Shown here: positions 45,280 to 54,403 of the stretch, piece after piece | Numbering within the stretch: the first letter of the stretch is position 1 | Layout: each line of letters begins with the position of its first letter | From: Longimicrobiales bacterium | GTDB taxonomy: Bacteria > Gemmatimonadota > Gemmatimonadetes > Longimicrobiales > Gaopeijiaceae | Reading direction: 5' to 3' | Length of the DNA stretch: 64,000 nucleotides | Assembly: GCA_046704285.1 (NCBI GenBank) | Contig: JBJKSF010000076.1 | Location: 6,666-70,665 of the forward strand | Notes under the pieces: generated by a model | What the model saw: the letters and a program-made list of their open reading frames with translations, nothing else | Told to the model about the DNA's origin: nothing | Databases searched by the model: none | Made by a program: the position numbers and the translations under genes

Positions 45280-47271
45280 GTGAAGCCGTCACGCCCTCCG
45301 CGATCCTCCTGGATCGGCGCCGTCGTCGTCCTCCTGGCTGCTGTTGCCGCACCCGCGGCCCTGGCGGCCCAGCAGGACCCCTACGTCCTTCAGGGTCTCG
45401 TAGTCACCGCGAGCCCGACCCCTCGCCCTCTCGACGCGCTCGCCGCGCACGTGACCGTGCTGGAGGGCTCGAAGCTCCGGGCGGAAGGCCTCACCCGGGT
45501 GCAGCAGGCGCTCCGCCAGGTGCCCGGCCTGGCCGTCGTGCAGAGCGGCTCGACCGGCGCGACGACCTCCCTGTTCCTCCGCGGCGGCGAAAGCGACTAC
45601 GTGCTCGTGATGGTGGACGGAGTGCCGATCAATCAACCCGGGGGGGCCGTCGACCTGTCGTCTCTCACCCTGGACAACGTGCAGAGGATCGAAGTCGTGG
45701 AGGGTCCGGCCAGCTCGTTGTACGGGTCCGACGCCGTGGCCGGCGTGATCCAGATCATCACGAAGACGGGCCAGGGCCCGACGCGCCTGCGGGTCGGAGC
45801 GGGGGTGGGCACGTACGGGCGCCGGCGGTGGTCGGCGGCTGTCTCGGGCGGCAGTGCGGGGGGATCCTATTCGCTCGACCTGTCGCACCTCTCCACGAAC
45901 GGCATCCTCCCGTTCAACAACGGCTACGCGAACACGACGCTCAGCGCGGGGGCACAGTTCCACCCCGACCGGACCACCAGCGCGCGCCTCGACCTCAGGC
46001 TCGTGAACCACACGTACCACTTTCCCACGGACGCGGCCGGCAACGTCGTCGACCACAACCAGTACACGCACGGGAGCGACGTCCTGGCAGGCGCCGGCGT
46101 GACGCGCTTCGTCGGCAGGGCGTTCGAGCTCCAGGGTCAGGTCGGGCTCGATCAGACGACGGGGGGCACGGACAATCCACCGGACGGTCCGGCGGATACG
46201 CTGGGCTACTTCGCGTCCTACGACCTCGACCACGTACAGACGGCTTCGGTAGACGTGCGCGCGAGCTACCACTTCGCCGCTGCCGTGGCCACCCTCGGAT
46301 GGGAGGTGGAGCAGGAGAGCGAGCGCCTGTTCACGGAGTCCCAGAGCCAGTGGGGCGCCAGCTCGGACCGGAGTCGTTACGCGCGCTGGAACCGCGCGTA
46401 TTATGCCTACCTGACGGGAGGGCGGGGACCGGCGACGTTCACGCTCGGAGGGCGCCTCGAGGACAACGAGCGCTTCGGGAAGCTGGGAACCTGGCAGGCG
46501 GGCGTCACGTGGAAGCCGGCGGGACCGGCGGGTCCTCGCCTGCGCGCCTCCGCCGGGCTCGGCATCAAGGAGCCCACCTTCTACGAGAACTACGCCACGG
46601 GCTTCGCGCGCGGGAATCCGAATCTGTCTCCGGAGCGCTCGCGCTCCTGGGAGACCGGTCTCGATCAGGGCTTCGCCGCGGGACGCGCGACGGTGAAGGT
46701 GTCGTACTTCTCGCAGGTCTTCACGGACCTGATCGAGTACACGGCCACGGCTCCGTCGCCCGAGGCGCCCAACTACTTCAACGTGGGAAGCGCCTCGGCG
46801 TCGGGCGTGGAGCTCGAGGGTCGGGCGGAGCTCGGACGGCTCGGGCTGCACGGCTCGTGGACCTGGCTGCGCACCCGCGTGCTGGACGGCGGACCGGATC
46901 AGGGCCCTGGCTCGGAGTTCCTCACGGGCAGGCGCCTCCTGCGCCGCCCGACGAACAGCGTGGTGCTGGGGGCTACGTACGCGGTCGGGCGCCGCGCCTC
47001 GCTCACGACGGGACTGGACGTCGTCGGGTCCCGGGCGGACCTGAGCTTCAAGACGGACCCCGCGGAGCGGGTGCTGCTGCCCCGCTACGAGAACCTGTGG
47101 GCTGGCGGCGACGTGCGCCTGTGGGCGTCGCGTGGAGATCGGCCGGGAGCCACGCTGACGGTGCGGGGGGAGAACCTGCTCGGCCAATCGTACCAGGAGG
47201 TGTACGGCTTCCCGGCACCGGGCCGCACGCTCGTGGTGGGTGGTGAGGTGACGTTCGGCGGAGGGAGGTGA
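45280..47271 (+). CDS. TonB-dependent outer-membrane receptor (BtuB-like, B12-riboswitch controlled)
   Basis: Signal peptide (V)KPSRPPRSSWIGAVVVLLAAVAAPAALAAQ after the SD AAGGGGAG. Plug-domain motifs VEVVEGPASSLYGSDAVAGVIQIITK are followed by a long beta-barrel. The ORF track start (ATG 45211) is also possible. Confidence 0.88.
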   Translation: MKPSRPPRSSWIGAVVVLLAAVAAPAALAAQQDPYVLQGLVVTASPTPRPLDALAAHVTVLEGSKLRAEGLTRVQQALRQVPGLAVVQSGSTGATTSLFLRGGESDYVLVMVDGVPINQPGGAVDLSSLTLDNVQRIEVVEGPASSLYGSDAVAGVIQIITKTGQGPTRLRVGAGVGTYGRRRWSAAVSGGSAGGSYSLDLSHLSTNGILPFNNGYANTTLSAGAQFHPDRTTSARLDLRLVNHTYHFPTDAAGNVVDHNQYTHGSDVLAGAGVTRFVGRAFELQGQVGLDQTTGGTDNPPDGPADTLGYFASYDLDHVQTASVDVRASYHFAAAVATLGWEVEQESERLFTESQSQWGASSDRSRYARWNRAYYAYLTGGRGPATFTLGGRLEDNERFGKLGTWQAGVTWKPAGPAGPRLRASAGLGIKEPTFYENYATGFARGNPNLSPERSRSWETGLDQGFAAGRATVKVSYFSQVFTDLIEYTATAPSPEAPNYFNVGSASASGVELEGRAELGRLGLHGSWTWLRTRVLDGGPDQGPGSEFLTGRRLLRRPTNSVVLGATYAVGRRASLTTGLDVVGSRADLSFKTDPAERVLLPRYENLWAGGDVRLWASRGDRPGATLTVRGENLLGQSYQEVYGFPAPGRTLVVGGEVTFGGGR

Positions 47272-47287
47272 ACGCGGCGTGCCGCGT
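47272..47287 (+). terminator. Short GC hairpin directly after the receptor gene (weak terminator candidate)
   Basis: ACGCGG-CGTG-CCGCGT followed by the locally A/T-rich ATAAACT. There is no real U-tract. Confidence 0.25.
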
Positions 47288-47442
47288 ATAAACTGCTTGC
47301 ACTCGCTCGTTCGGGGTGCTGCGGCGGGGGGGTGGTTGCGCGCGCGCGTCCGCCCCCCAATGATGTCGGAGTCACCAGACACACATCCTCCGACGTCGTG
47401 TCCGGACAACCGCGCAGACGACGACATTCCCCGACCCTTCCC

Positions 47443-48294
47443 ATGACCTTCTCCACTCCCCGCGGACCTTTCCGGGAAGGCTCGCTGGATCAGTACCTGA
47501 AGGAGATCAGCCAGTATCCGCTCATCGACCGGGCGGAGGAGGTTCGGCTCGCCACGCTGATCCGCGGCGGCGAGGAGGATGCCCTCGACAAGCTCGTGCG
47601 CTCGAACCTGAGGTTCGTCGTCTCCGTCGCGAAGAAGTACCAGAACCAGGGGGTTCCGCTCTCCGACCTCATCAACGAGGGCAACCTCGGGCTGATCCGT
47701 GCCGCGCACAAGTTCGACGAGACCAAGGGCATCAAGTTCATCAGCTACGCGGTCTGGTGGATCCGTCAGGCCATCCTGCAGGCGCTCGCCGAGCAGAGCC
47801 GCATCGTGCGGGTCCCACTGAACCGGGCGGGGGCGCTTCACCGGATCGGCCGGAGGAGCTCGACGTTGCTGCAGGAGCTCGGGCGCGAGCCCACCGTCGA
47901 GGAGATCGCCGAGGGCCTCGACATCTCGGAGGAGGAGGTGGAGCGCACCCTGGCGATCTCGCAATCCCACCTCTCGCTGGACGCGCCGCTGACGCCGGGC
48001 GAGGACAACCGACTCCTCGACTATCTCCCGGATCAGTATTCTCCCGGTCCGGAGGACGAAGCGTACGAGCATGCCCTGAGGGACTCGATCGACGAGGCGC
48101 TCGGGACGCTCAAGGAGCGAGAGGCGAAGATCCTGCGCCTATACTTCGGCCTTGACGACCAGGAGCCGATGACCCTCGAGGAGATCGGGTCCCTGATGGG
48201 GATCACGCGCGAGCGCGTGCGTCAGATCAAGGAGAAGGCGCTTCTGCGGCTCCGGCACGCGTCACGGGCGCGCTTCCTCGAGACGTTCATGTAG
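47443..48294 (+). CDS. RNA polymerase sigma factor, sigma-70 family (RpoD/RpoS-like, regions 1.2-4, no region 1.1)
   Basis: LDQYLKEISQYPLI (1.2), LRFVVSVAKKYQNQG..DLINEGNLGLIRAAHKFD (2.1-2.3), YAVWWIRQAI (2.4), RVPLN (3.0), and TLEEIGSLMGITRERVRQIKEKAL (4.2). Confidence 0.9.
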   Translation: MTFSTPRGPFREGSLDQYLKEISQYPLIDRAEEVRLATLIRGGEEDALDKLVRSNLRFVVSVAKKYQNQGVPLSDLINEGNLGLIRAAHKFDETKGIKFISYAVWWIRQAILQALAEQSRIVRVPLNRAGALHRIGRRSSTLLQELGREPTVEEIAEGLDISEEEVERTLAISQSHLSLDAPLTPGEDNRLLDYLPDQYSPGPEDEAYEHALRDSIDEALGTLKEREAKILRLYFGLDDQEPMTLEEIGSLMGITRERVRQIKEKALLRLRHASRARFLETFM

Positions 48295-49066
48295 TCGCCA
48301 GGCTCCCCCGCCGCGCGAAGTAGGTCTGTTCCATGCGGGCGAGCTGGGCCACGATCTGCTGGGCGAGATCCCGCGACCGACGCAGCCCGGAATGCTCCGA
48401 GCTGGGGTGCACGATCTCGAAGTCCACGTAGAAGGAGTCGCCGCGGGCCGGCACGGTGGACCATGTCGCCTGCCGGTCACCTCTCAGGTAGACGCACAGC
48501 GTGCTGCAGCTCTGCACGGAGGCCAGGAGGCGACCGACCCCGTAGGCCGCCGATTCCGTCTGGACCCTTCCCGTACGGCTGCGCCCGCCCTCGGCGAAGA
48601 TCAGCGCGGTCTCTCCGCGCGACAGCAGATGCTGGATCCGGCGGAGCACGCTCGACACGTGCTCCCGGCTGCCGCCGCGCCTGACGGGGATGCACTTGGC
48701 GATCCACGCCGCCGCCCGGTTGACCCAGTTGAACGCGAAGTTGTGGTACTCGGGGAGATTCCAGGGCATGCGCCGGTAGTTCACGACGTACCACCAGCTC
48801 CCACCCAGGGCCCAGGCCACCAGCGCCGAGTCCGCCATGGTCAGGTGGTTGGCGCAGATGAGCAGCGGGCCCTTGTGCTCGCGCATCAGACTGCGGAAGC
48901 GCTGGCGGACCTGGCCCACGTCGCGGATGCGATAGCCGAGCAGCACGCGCAGCACGAACGCGATCGTCGGAACCCAGATCACCGCCGAGAGGCGGCCGAC
49001 CAGCCGCTGGACGCCGAGCGCCAGGCGGGTTCTGCGGCGCAGGTCGGACACGGGCCCCTCCTTCAC
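48287..49066 (-). CDS. Lysophospholipid/1-acylglycerol-3-phosphate acyltransferase family protein (LPLAT)
   Basis: HX4D motif CANHLTMAD and motif III IFAEGGRSRTG. The GTG start overlaps the ACP stop (GTGA). Confidence 0.82.
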   Translation of the reverse strand: MKEGPVSDLRRRTRLALGVQRLVGRLSAVIWVPTIAFVLRVLLGYRIRDVGQVRQRFRSLMREHKGPLLICANHLTMADSALVAWALGGSWWYVVNYRRMPWNLPEYHNFAFNWVNRAAAWIAKCIPVRRGGSREHVSSVLRRIQHLLSRGETALIFAEGGRSRTGRVQTESAAYGVGRLLASVQSCSTLCVYLRGDRQATWSTVPARGDSFYVDFEIVHPSSEHSGLRRSRDLAQQIVAQLARMEQTYFARRGSLATT

Positions 49067-49311
49067 GACACCTTGGCCATGATGAGCTCGACGGCGTCCC
49101 CGACGGTGTTCACCGCGTCGGCGTCCTCGTCCTGCACCTCGATGTCGAACGCGTCCTCGAACTCGAGGATCACGTCCACGAGCCGAGCGGAGTTCACCTT
49201 CAGGTCCTGCAGGATGTTCGTCTGTTCGGTCACCTGCGCCAGGGCTTCCTTGTTCTTGGCGAAGGGGGAGATGATCTCCACCACCCGGGCGAACACCTCG
49301 TCTCTCGTCAT
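49063..49311 (-). CDS. Acyl carrier protein (dedicated, cluster-associated)
   Basis: 82 aa and acidic, with the helix II motif DLKVNSARLVDVILEFEDAF; the Ser sits at the phosphopantetheine position. Confidence 0.8.
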   Translation of the reverse strand: MTRDEVFARVVEIISPFAKNKEALAQVTEQTNILQDLKVNSARLVDVILEFEDAFDIEVQDEDADAVNTVGDAVELIMAKVS

Positions 49312-49337
49312 CAGGCTCTCTCCTTGCACATGCGGTC

Positions 49338-50624
49338 TCATGCCGTGTCGGGGTCCCAGCGCCGGTAGATCACGCAGGCGTTCACGTCCCCGAAGCCGAA
49401 TCCGGCCTTGATGATGGTACGCAGATCCGGCGCTTCCCGGAACTGATGTGGGATGGCGTGCGCATACGGGACGATCTCCGGATGGACGTCTTCGCAGTTG
49501 AGCGACGGGTGAAGATAGCGGTCGCGCAGCATCAGGATGCATGCGACCGACTCCAGCGCCCCGGCCGCGCCGAGCGCATGCCCGATCATCGATTTCGTCG
49601 AGTTGATGGCAGGGAGCGTCTCCGGGGTCCGCCCCAGAGCCTCGCCCCAGCTCGCCACCTCGCGCGGGTCCGCGCCCGTGGCCGTGAGGTGGCCGTTGAT
49701 CGCGTCGATCTCGTCGGGCGAGATGGCGGCGTCGGCGACCGCGGAACGGATGCAGCGCCGCACACTCTCCGGATTCGGGGCGGTCATGCTACCGCCCATG
49801 CGGTGGCCGCCGCAGTTCAGGGCGCCCCCGAGCACCTCGGCGTAGATGCGTGCGCCGCGCTCCAGCGCACTGTCCAGGCTCTCCAGGTGCAGCACGGCGG
49901 CCCCGCTGCCCGGGATGAAGCCTCCGGCCGAGGCGCTCATCGGGCGTGATGCGGCCTCGGGCTCGTGGTTGTGCGTGCGGCACAGGACCCGCATCGCGTC
50001 GAACCCTGCCCAGATGTAGTGGCTGGATCCCTCCGAGCCTCCGCACAGCATGCGCTCGGCCAGGCCCATGCGGATGCGCTGCAGGCCCTCGATGACCGCC
50101 TCCGTTCCCGTGCTGCACGCGCTCGAGTTCGACGTGACCTGGTTCCCGAGCGCGAGCAGCCCGGACACGCGCGCCGAGACGCCGCTCCCCATCACCTGCT
50201 CGACGATCGTGCTGCCGAGGCGCCGCACGCGCCCCGCGTTCGTCATCGGCACCAGCTTCTCGCCGGTGGTGTCCAGGCCCCCGATGCCCGTGCCGATGAT
50301 CGCGCCGGCCTCCCAGTAGACGCGGTCGTCACCCTGGGTCGGACGCTCCAGCCCCGCGTCCGTCCACGCGTCGACGGCGGCGATCGCCCCGTAGCGGTGG
50401 TTGGAGTTCATCGCCAGGAGCTCGTCCTCGTCGAAGTACCGCTCCGCGACCTCGTCGACCCCTGGAGGCACGCCCGCGACCGTGCAGCCGAACCCGAGCT
50501 CCTCCAGGATCGGAATGGTGCGCAGACCCGAGCGCCCGGCCTTGAGCGCGTCCCCGAACGCCTCCACGCCGACGCCGTTGGGCGCGACCGCGCCGAGTCC
50601 GGTGACCACCACACGCCGCCTCAT
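49338..50624 (-). CDS. Beta-ketoacyl-ACP synthase (KAS I/II-type, Cys-His-His)
   Basis: RRVVVTGLGAVAP, active-site Cys in NSSACSTG, and His residues in INGHLTAT and SMIGHALGAAG, with GFGFGDVNAC at the C-terminus. Confidence 0.88.
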   Translation of the reverse strand: MRRRVVVTGLGAVAPNGVGVEAFGDALKAGRSGLRTIPILEELGFGCTVAGVPPGVDEVAERYFDEDELLAMNSNHRYGAIAAVDAWTDAGLERPTQGDDRVYWEAGAIIGTGIGGLDTTGEKLVPMTNAGRVRRLGSTIVEQVMGSGVSARVSGLLALGNQVTSNSSACSTGTEAVIEGLQRIRMGLAERMLCGGSEGSSHYIWAGFDAMRVLCRTHNHEPEAASRPMSASAGGFIPGSGAAVLHLESLDSALERGARIYAEVLGGALNCGGHRMGGSMTAPNPESVRRCIRSAVADAAISPDEIDAINGHLTATGADPREVASWGEALGRTPETLPAINSTKSMIGHALGAAGALESVACILMLRDRYLHPSLNCEDVHPEIVPYAHAIPHQFREAPDLRTIIKAGFGFGDVNACVIYRRWDPDTA

Positions 50625-51079
50625 CGCGGCACCCCCACGCCCGAGATCGTGGCGGAGCAGACCAACGTCCCGTCGTCCAGATGCATCTCGGCCTCGCTGC
50701 GCAGCTTCCCACGGCGGAAGAACCTCTTCCGGGCCGTGATCGTGACCCTTTCGCCCGGCCTCACCGGGCCCGAGAACTCGACCTCAGCGTCCGTGAACAT
50801 CGCCACCCTGCTGCTCACCTCCTCGATCCCGCCTTCGAGCGCGAGCAGGTAGATCCCCTGCGCCACGACCGATACCTGGGCCATGGACTCCAGGAGGATG
50901 ACGCCCGGCGTGACCGGGTTCCCCGGGAAATGACCCCGATAGAAGTCCGCATCCGGGCGGAACCGGTACGTCGCCACGATGTGGTCGGCGTCGATCTCCA
51001 GGATCTCGTCGACGAACCGGAACGGCTCGGCCTGCGGGAGCAGGGCCAGGACCTGAGCGGGCGAGAGCGTCTGGGTCAC
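50621..51079 (-). CDS. FabZ-like 3-hydroxyacyl-ACP dehydratase (hot-dog fold)
   Basis: LLPQAEPFRFVDEI and YRGHFPGNPVTPGVILLESMAQ. The GTG start overlaps the fabA stop (GTGA) and its stop overlaps the KAS start (ATGA). Confidence 0.82.
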   Translation of the reverse strand: MTQTLSPAQVLALLPQAEPFRFVDEILEIDADHIVATYRFRPDADFYRGHFPGNPVTPGVILLESMAQVSVVAQGIYLLALEGGIEEVSSRVAMFTDAEVEFSGPVRPGERVTITARKRFFRRGKLRSEAEMHLDDGTLVCSATISGVGVPR

Positions 51080-51666
51080 TCTTCCATCCTTCCGCCGCGC
51101 GAGTTCCTCGACCTGTAGGGATAGTCCGGGTAGTCGATGTCGCGGAACACGCCGACCTTCGCGCGCTTGATGTCGTAGATGGCCTCCCCGTCCACGAGCA
51201 CGCGCGCGTCGCCGATGGCGATCGACGAGCCGGACGCCGGCAGCTGCTGGTAGCGGGCGATGTCGACCTCGTAGCGCACCACGCCGTCGTGCGGGCGGAT
51301 CTGCCCGAAGAACTCGACCTCTCCGCAGCCGAGTGCTCTGCCCGTGCCGAGGGCGCCGCGCCACGCGCAGTAGAAGCCGATGAGCTGCCAGATGCCGTCG
51401 AGGCCGAGGCACCCGGGTTGGACGGGGTCCCCCAGGAAGTGGCACTGGAAGAACCAGTCGTCCACGCGCACGTCGCGCTCGGCGACGATCGTGCCCCGCC
51501 TCCCGTCCCTGGTGATGCGCTCCACGCGGTCGACCATGAGCATGGGGGGCAGGGGCAGGCGTGCCCCGAATCCGGGCGGCGCGTCGGAGACGAGCCTCCC
51601 GTAGGCCATCGCGAGCACCTCCTCGCGCGTGAAGCCGCCGCGCTCGCGGAACTCCTCGTACGTCAT
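51076..51666 (-). CDS. fabA: FabA-type 3-hydroxyacyl-ACP dehydratase/isomerase
   Basis: Near-colinear with E. coli FabA: LPLPPMLMVDRV, DDWFFQCHFLGDPVQPGCLGLDGIWQLIGFY (catalytic His and Asp present), and GRALGCGEVEFFGQI. Confidence 0.88.
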   Translation of the reverse strand: MTYEEFRERGGFTREEVLAMAYGRLVSDAPPGFGARLPLPPMLMVDRVERITRDGRRGTIVAERDVRVDDWFFQCHFLGDPVQPGCLGLDGIWQLIGFYCAWRGALGTGRALGCGEVEFFGQIRPHDGVVRYEVDIARYQQLPASGSSIAIGDARVLVDGEAIYDIKRAKVGVFRDIDYPDYPYRSRNSRGGRMEE

Positions 51667-52658
51667 GGCGCCGTCCCGAAGCGCAGCAGGAAGCTCGACC
51701 ACGTGAGCCCCGATCCCACGCCGACGACGGCGACGTCGTCGCCTTCGCGCCAGTCGTCCCACCTCATCGAAACGACCGACGGCGCCCCGGCCGCGCCGGT
51801 GTTGCCGTAGTCGACCACGTTGGCGTGGTGCCGCTCGTCCGGCACGCCGCACTGCTGGCACACCGTGCGCAGCATCATGAGGTTCGCCTGGTGCCCGATG
51901 AAGTGGAGACGCCGCTCCGGGTCGGCGTACGACGCCTGGAGCGCGCGCAGCAGCCGGACGGTCTTCTTGATCGCGAACATCTGGACGGTGCGGCCGTCCT
52001 GGCGGAAGTGTCCCCCGACGGGAACCACCACCTTGTCCGCCCCCGCGGGGCTCGAGTGCAGCGTGTTGCCCACTACCTCGACGCGGGAAGGGACGCGCGT
52101 CGAGAGCACCGCCGCGGTCGTGCCGTCGCCCCACAGCACCGAGGCGGAGCGGTCCGCATAGTCGACGGTCGTCGTCAGGCTCTCGGGCGTGACCACGAGC
52201 ACGAAGTCGGGCAGGGTGTCCGGGCCCATGCCGGAGAGCATGAACAGCGTGGTGAAGAAGCTCGTGCACGCCGAGTTCACGTCGAACGCCGGCACCTCGA
52301 GCTCGAGCGCCCGGGCCACGTAGCACGCGTCCGCGGGGGACATCGTGTCGGGGTGGCTCGAGCCCGTGATGACCATCCCGATGTCGGCCAGATCCACACC
52401 CGCCCGGGCGACTGCCATCTCCGCCGCCCGTCTTCCCGTCTCGCCGTGCGTGTACAGCGCGGCCTCCTGAGACAGCCGCGGATCCCGGTTCCGTGTCTCC
52501 CGGATGTAGTCGAGCGGGAGCACGGTACGACGGCTGCGGATGCCGACGCGCTCCATGATCCACGCGTCGTTGGTTCCGATGTCGAGCTCCTCGAGGAACG
52601 CGTTCGTGATCTCGGTCTCGGGGTGGAAGTGCCCGATGCCGTGCAGGTAGAGGCTCAT
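51663..52658 (-). CDS. FabH-like beta-ketoacyl-ACP synthase III (Cys-His-Asn)
   Basis: Cys in DVNSACTSF, His in FIGHQANLMM, Asn in YGNTGAAG. ATGA overlaps at both ends. Confidence 0.85.
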   Translation of the reverse strand: MSLYLHGIGHFHPETEITNAFLEELDIGTNDAWIMERVGIRSRRTVLPLDYIRETRNRDPRLSQEAALYTHGETGRRAAEMAVARAGVDLADIGMVITGSSHPDTMSPADACYVARALELEVPAFDVNSACTSFFTTLFMLSGMGPDTLPDFVLVVTPESLTTTVDYADRSASVLWGDGTTAAVLSTRVPSRVEVVGNTLHSSPAGADKVVVPVGGHFRQDGRTVQMFAIKKTVRLLRALQASYADPERRLHFIGHQANLMMLRTVCQQCGVPDERHHANVVDYGNTGAAGAPSVVSMRWDDWREGDDVAVVGVGSGLTWSSFLLRFGTAP

Positions 52659-53623
52659 GACCGCGCTCCGGAGACGTGCTCCCCGCCGTCCACGCGGATG
52701 ACGGCTCCGTTGATCCAGGCGGCTTCGGGCAGCGACAGCAGATAGACCACGTTCGCGACGTCCTCGGGGGTCGTGAGTCGGCCGAGCGGATTGCGCAGGC
52801 GTGCCTGGGCCTTGAGGTGGTTGTTGCCCGGAATGAGACGGAGTGCGGGGGTGTCGGCGACCCCCGGCTGGAGGATGTTGGATCGGATGCCGAGGTGGCC
52901 CATCTCCACGGCGATCGAGCGGGACACCGACTCGAGCGCGGCCTTGGCGGCGGACACGGCGGCGTACCCCTTCCAGGCGACGGCGTTGCCCTCGCTGGTG
53001 AAGCCGAGCACCCGGGCGTCCGCGGCGAACAGGCCCCTCGCGTGCACCGCCTGCGTCCACGCCAGGAGGCTCGTGCCCATCGCGTACACCGTGCGCGCCA
53101 TGTCCTCGTCCTCGAGGAGGGCGTGGGCAGGGTACTCGGGGGGGCTGGCCACGCTCTCCAGGCCGTCCACGCCCTCGGCCAGAAGGCGATCCGCGGCGCC
53201 CAGGAGCGCCGTGGGCTCGAGGCCCAGCTCGCCCGCCAGGCGTGCTGCGGCGCTGTGCGGCCCGGGCGCCTCCTCGGGAACGACGAGCTTGAGGTTCCCG
53301 AAGGCGATCGAATGCAGGAGTACGTGGACCCGTCCCTGGAGGCCCAGGGCGCCGGCCAGCTCGTCGATCACCGCCGAGCGCGCTTCCGGGTCGAGCGCGT
53401 CCACGTTGAACGTGCGCAACTCGACGCCTTGGGTGCGGATGGCCTCGAACTCGGGCTCGATGCGGCTCATGGCTCCGCGCCGATCCCGATGGACGATGCA
53501 GAGGCTCATGCCGTGGGCGGCCAGCTTGCGGGCGCTGGCGAGGCCGAACCCGCTGGATCCGCCCAGGATCAGCCCCCACTCGTCTGGCCGGAAGACTCTG
53601 GTGGGCATGGCTACCGGGTGCAT
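52655..53623 (-). CDS. SDR-family enoyl-ACP reductase-like protein (FabI/FabL-type Y-x6-K)
   Basis: Nucleotide motif [10 protein letters not shown] and the active-site spacing [13 protein letters not shown] (Tyr-x6-Lys, as in FabI/FabL rather than the FabG YxxxK). The C-terminal part is colinear with FabL ([27 protein letters not shown]). The start is 53623 or 53608. Confidence 0.7.
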   Translation of the reverse strand: MHPVAMPTRVFRPDEWGLILGGSSGFGLASARKLAAHGMSLCIVHRDRRGAMSRIEPEFEAIRTQGVELRTFNVDALDPEARSAVIDELAGALGLQGRVHVLLHSIAFGNLKLVVPEEAPGPHSAAARLAGELGLEPTALLGAADRLLAEGVDGLESVASPPEYPAHALLEDEDMARTVYAMGTSLLAWTQAVHARGLFAADARVLGFTSEGNAVAWKGYAAVSAAKAALESVSRSIAVEMGHLGIRSNILQPGVADTPALRLIPGNNHLKAQARLRNPLGRLTTPEDVANVVYLLSLPEAAWINGAVIRVDGGEHVSGARS

Positions 53624-53886
53624 CTCCGGGTGCGACCCCGGAAGTTGGTCGTGTGTGCTCCAGGGGACGAAGGATACCGAAGCAGGGGCGTCGTGTCAGC
53701 ACTCGCGGCGCTGCGGGTGCACGAGCGGCGGCGGAGCAGGGGCTCCCCCCTCGGTCCGCGAGGGAGGGGCCGCAGTGCGCGCCCCCCCGCGCGCGGGCGC
53801 TTGCGCGCCCTCACCCAGGGATACCCGGTCCTGCGGACGCCGCCGCAACGGCCCGCGGGGAGGTCCGCTCGCCCCCCCGCCCCTCG

Positions 53887-53915
53887 TTGACACCCCGGAG
53901 AGGCCCGGATATCAT
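53887..53915 (+). promoter_or_regulatory. Near-consensus sigma-70 promoter upstream of rplM
   Basis: TTGACA (53887-92), a 17-nt spacer, then TATCAT (53910-15), about 40 nt upstream of the rplM ATG. It is the only A/T-rich patch in a 330-bp GC-rich spacer. Confidence 0.6.
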
Positions 53916-53955
53916 TCAAAGCTTTGTACTCCAAGGGCCTTTTGGGGCATCACGC

Positions 53956-54384
53956 ATGAGAACCTACACCCCGAGCGCGAGCGACATCGAGCGCCGCTGG
54001 TGGGTCGTCGACGCGGACGGCAAGCCGCTGGGGCGGCTCGCGACCCAGGTCGCAACCGTGCTGCGCGGCAAGCACAAGGCGATCTTCACGCCGCACCTGG
54101 ACACAGGCGATCACGTCGTGGTGATCAACGCGTCCAAGGTGAAGCTGACCGGGAAGAAGCCCGAGCAGAAGACCTACTTCCGGCACTCCGGGTACATGGG
54201 CCACGAACGGTTCGTTCCGTTCGAGCGGATGGTCGCGACGCACCCCGAGCGCGTGGTGGAGCAGGCCGTGAAGGGCATGCTTCCGAAGGGCGCACTCGGT
54301 CGGGCGATGCGCAAGAAGCTGAAGGTGTACGCAGGTCCCGAGCATCCGCACCAGGGCCAGCGGCCCGAGACGCTGAACATCTGA
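53956..54384 (+). CDS. rplM: 50S ribosomal protein L13
   Basis: [38 protein letters not shown] and YFRHSGY. Confidence 0.95.
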   Translation: MRTYTPSASDIERRWWVVDADGKPLGRLATQVATVLRGKHKAIFTPHLDTGDHVVVINASKVKLTGKKPEQKTYFRHSGYMGHERFVPFERMVATHPERVVEQAVKGMLPKGALGRAMRKKLKVYAGPEHPHQGQRPETLNI

Positions 54385-54403
54385 GGAGAGGGATCCGAGC
54401 GAG

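Noticed and set aside
45289-48072. 927-aa minus-strand ORF opposite the TonB-dependent receptor and sigma factor
   Set aside because: It is a shadow ORF. The plus-strand genes have clear family motifs and a riboswitch in the matching orientation.
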